NCBI GenBank assembly: GCA_973895155.1 | Contig: OZ316895.1 | Coordinates: 2,963,659 to 3,027,658, forward strand | Direction of reading: 5' to 3' | DNA length: 64,000 bases | From: Marsupella aquatica | Taxonomy: Eukaryota > Plantae > Marchantiophyta | Shown: positions 61,485-64,000 of the stretch, piece after piece | How the letters are laid out: each line of letters opens with the position of its first letter | Numbering within the stretch: position 1 is the stretch's first letter | The notes under the pieces: model-generated | Database searches by the model: none | What the model was told of the DNA's origin: nothing | Seen by the model: only the letters and a program-made list of their open reading frames with translations | Position numbers and translations under genes: made by a program

Positions 61485-64000
61485 ATAGCTCAATACCCGT
61501 GCGTTGCACAAAAGATGTCGTGACGGCCAAGATGTCGTTGAGAACAAAAGAGGTCATGTCGGCCAAGAGGTTGTTGAGAAGAAAGATGTCGTGTCGCCCA
61601 AGAAATTTTTGAGAACAAAAGATGTCGTGTCGGCAAGATGTTGATGATAAACAAAATATGTCGTGTCGGCCAAGATGTCGTTGAGAACAAAAGATGTCGT
61701 GTCGACTAAGATGTCATGTCGGCCAAGATTTGGTTGAGAAAAAAGATGTAGTGTCGACCAAGAGGTTGTTGAGAAAAAAAGTTGTATTGGCCAAGAGGTC
61801 GTTGAGAAAAATGATGTCGTGTTGGCCAAGATCTCATTGATAAAAAAGATGTCGTGTGACCGGCCAAGAAATCATGGAGATAAAGGATCTTGTGTTGGCA
61901 AAGAAGTCGTTGAGAAAAAAGATGTCATGTCGGCCAAGACGTCGTTGAGAGAAAATATGTTGTGTCGGGCAAGACATCATTGTGAAAAAAGAGTCGTGTC
62001 GGCCAAGACATCGTTGAGAAAACAGATGTCGTGTTGGCCAAGACGTCATTGAGGAAATATCAGTGCATTGCACAAAAGATGTCGTGTCGCCCAAGATGTT
62101 GTTATCTGAAAGATGTCATGAAGTAAAAAGATGTCGTTAAGAAAAAAGAAGTCATTTTTCCAAAGATGTCATTATGTGAAAGATGGCGTTAAGAAAAAGG
62201 TGTCATTTTGCCAAACTAAGTGATTGTGAAGTAAAAGATGTTATAAATAAAAAGATGTCATTTCACCCAATATGTCATTAATATGTGAAAGATGGCTCAA
62301 TACCCGTGCGTTGCACAAAAGATGTCATTAAGAAAAAATATGTTGTGTTGCCAAAGATGTTGTCATGAAAAAAGGTGATGTTGCCAACAATTTTGTTAAG
62401 TAAAAACATGTTGTGTTGTCAAAGATTTTTTTAAGAAAAAAGATGTCATGTTGCCAAAGATGTCGTTAAGAAAAAAGATGTCATGTTGCCAAAGAAGTTG
62501 TTAATATGTGAAAGATGTTGTGAAGTAAAAAGATGTCATTAAGAACTATGATGTCGTGATGCCAAAGGTGTCGTGAAGAAAAAATGTTCTTATGTGAAAA
62601 ATGTTGTGAAGTAAAAGATGTCGTTGCACCAAAGATGTCTTTATGTCCAAGATGTTGTCAGGTAAAGATGATGTTTTACGAAAGATGTTATTAAGTATTT
62701 TTTTGTTAAGTACAAAATGGTTGATAAGTAAAGGGATGTCATTAGACAAAGATGTAAGTTGTGAAGTAAAAGATGTTCTTAAGTACAATTGAAAATATTG
62801 CTAGTAAACCATGTTAAGTAAAAAAAGTTGTTAAGTTGTTGCCACTTTTTTGCCACCCCTTGCATCCTGAAGCCCCATTGATAACCCCAAAGTTTTTGTT
62901 ACTTTAAGCTTTTTACTTAAATGTTACCATGGCTGCTTACTTGGCTTTGGCCGCCCCAATGCCGAGCGGGATGCCAAGACCCCTTGGGATAATGACATGG
63001 CTTGGCTGACTTTTCAACAACTCTTCACTACCCCTTGCATCTTAGAACCCCATTGGGCCCAAAGTTTTGGCTACCTTAGAGTTCTTACTTAAAGTCGCCG
63101 CAATAGCTTAATTGGCATTGGCCGCCCCAATGTCAAGACCCCCTCGGGTAACGGAGCAGCTTGGCTGACTTTTCAACGGCCCTTTCCCTACCCTTGCATA
63201 TATCTTGGAACCCCATCAGTAACCCCAATTTTTTTGGTTACTTTAAGCTTAGTTTGCTTAAAGTTGACCGTGGCCGCTTACTTGGCTGTGGCCGCCCCAA
63301 TGCCAATTCCCCTTGGGGCAACGGCACGACTCAGCCCACTTTTCAACAAAACAATTTGCCTACCCCTTGCATGGAACCCCTTTGGTAACCTCATCCAAGT
63401 TTACTCGGCTCCTTACTCGCCAATACCATGCCCCCCTGGGGTGGTGGTGTGGTTTGCAGCACTTTCCAACATTGGAGGACCTGCCACCCCCGGACCAACT
63501 TTGGTCCAGATATTTTGGCCCCCACCCCATGCCTCTTCCTGTGCTAAACAAAGTGGCAAGACATAACAACAACTGAGGGGTTGTTGGGGAGTTGGAACCC
63601 GGGGCAAGATTGAGTTAGGTTGGGGATGGGACCTTGGGGTCTCGGGTTTCATTCCACCCCGGGATGTTGGGTCTAGCATTTTTTACAACATTATTTTTTT
63701 GTTTTTGGCTAGTGTGACAAATGTCAGCCTCTCAAAGGAAGGAAATGCTAGGAGTATTCTTCAACAATTTTTCTTGAATTATATCTTCTTCATCAGATAT
63801 CCCTAGATTGACGTACAACGGTTAGATTTTGGCAAATGGGGTCCATGATTTGGTGGGAGAGTGGCCAATGGTATGCAAAGAATCTAGCAATTTTTTGGCA
63901 AAAGTGACGGAAAAAGTGGTGAACATATTTTGGGGAGGTGGAATTTGGCAAAAGTTTGCACCTAAAAACTACGTTGTTTGGATGAGGCCAGGGCCAGGGT
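61485..64000 (-). mobile_element. Helitron of the same family as 24246-26016, in reverse orientation; 5' end not located and possibly beyond the window
   Basis: Reverse complement reads GTGCAACGCACGGGTATTGAGCTA at 61485-61512, with a second copy at ~62297. Same ~30-bp minisatellite at 61510-62780; ~170-bp tandem units at 62850-63420. Confidence 0.7.

Noticed and set aside
25140-62780. Inverted minisatellite arrays as the arms of one giant foldback element
   Set aside because: Each array has Helitron 3' hallmarks, so two independent insertions in opposite orientation are simpler.

Overview
Eukaryotic nuclear DNA with GT-AG introns, most likely from a non-seed plant; a bryophyte or liverwort is an inference from the mitochondrial-type trnN fragment and the TE types. 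The only host genes are a tandem pair of U-box E3-ligase genes (2.4-5.6 kb and 12.3-14.1 kb). The rest is a small NUMT and a dense transposon field: a pogo-type element with captured gene fragments, Helitrons, MITEs, an RLE-LINE remnant and a three-level nest. The nest is a Ty1/copia element (26582-59454) containing a 23.3-kb P-like TIR element (26984-50323; 15-bp TIR, 8-bp TSD; EDM2-type PHD cargo), which in turn contains a 12.8-kb Sola-like TIR element (30919-43707; AATT TSD). The best candidate for an undescribed system is the Sola-like element. Besides its transposase it encodes a ParB/Srx-like domain fused to a prokaryote-type (beta-class N4/N6) DNA-methyltransferase-like domain and an FCP1-like HAD protein. 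It also carries about 20 copies of a 17-bp palindrome, CTCGAGA-N3-TCTCGAG, which I saw nowhere else in the window, a layout reminiscent of ParB/parS. All domain calls are by-eye motif recognition, not database searches.
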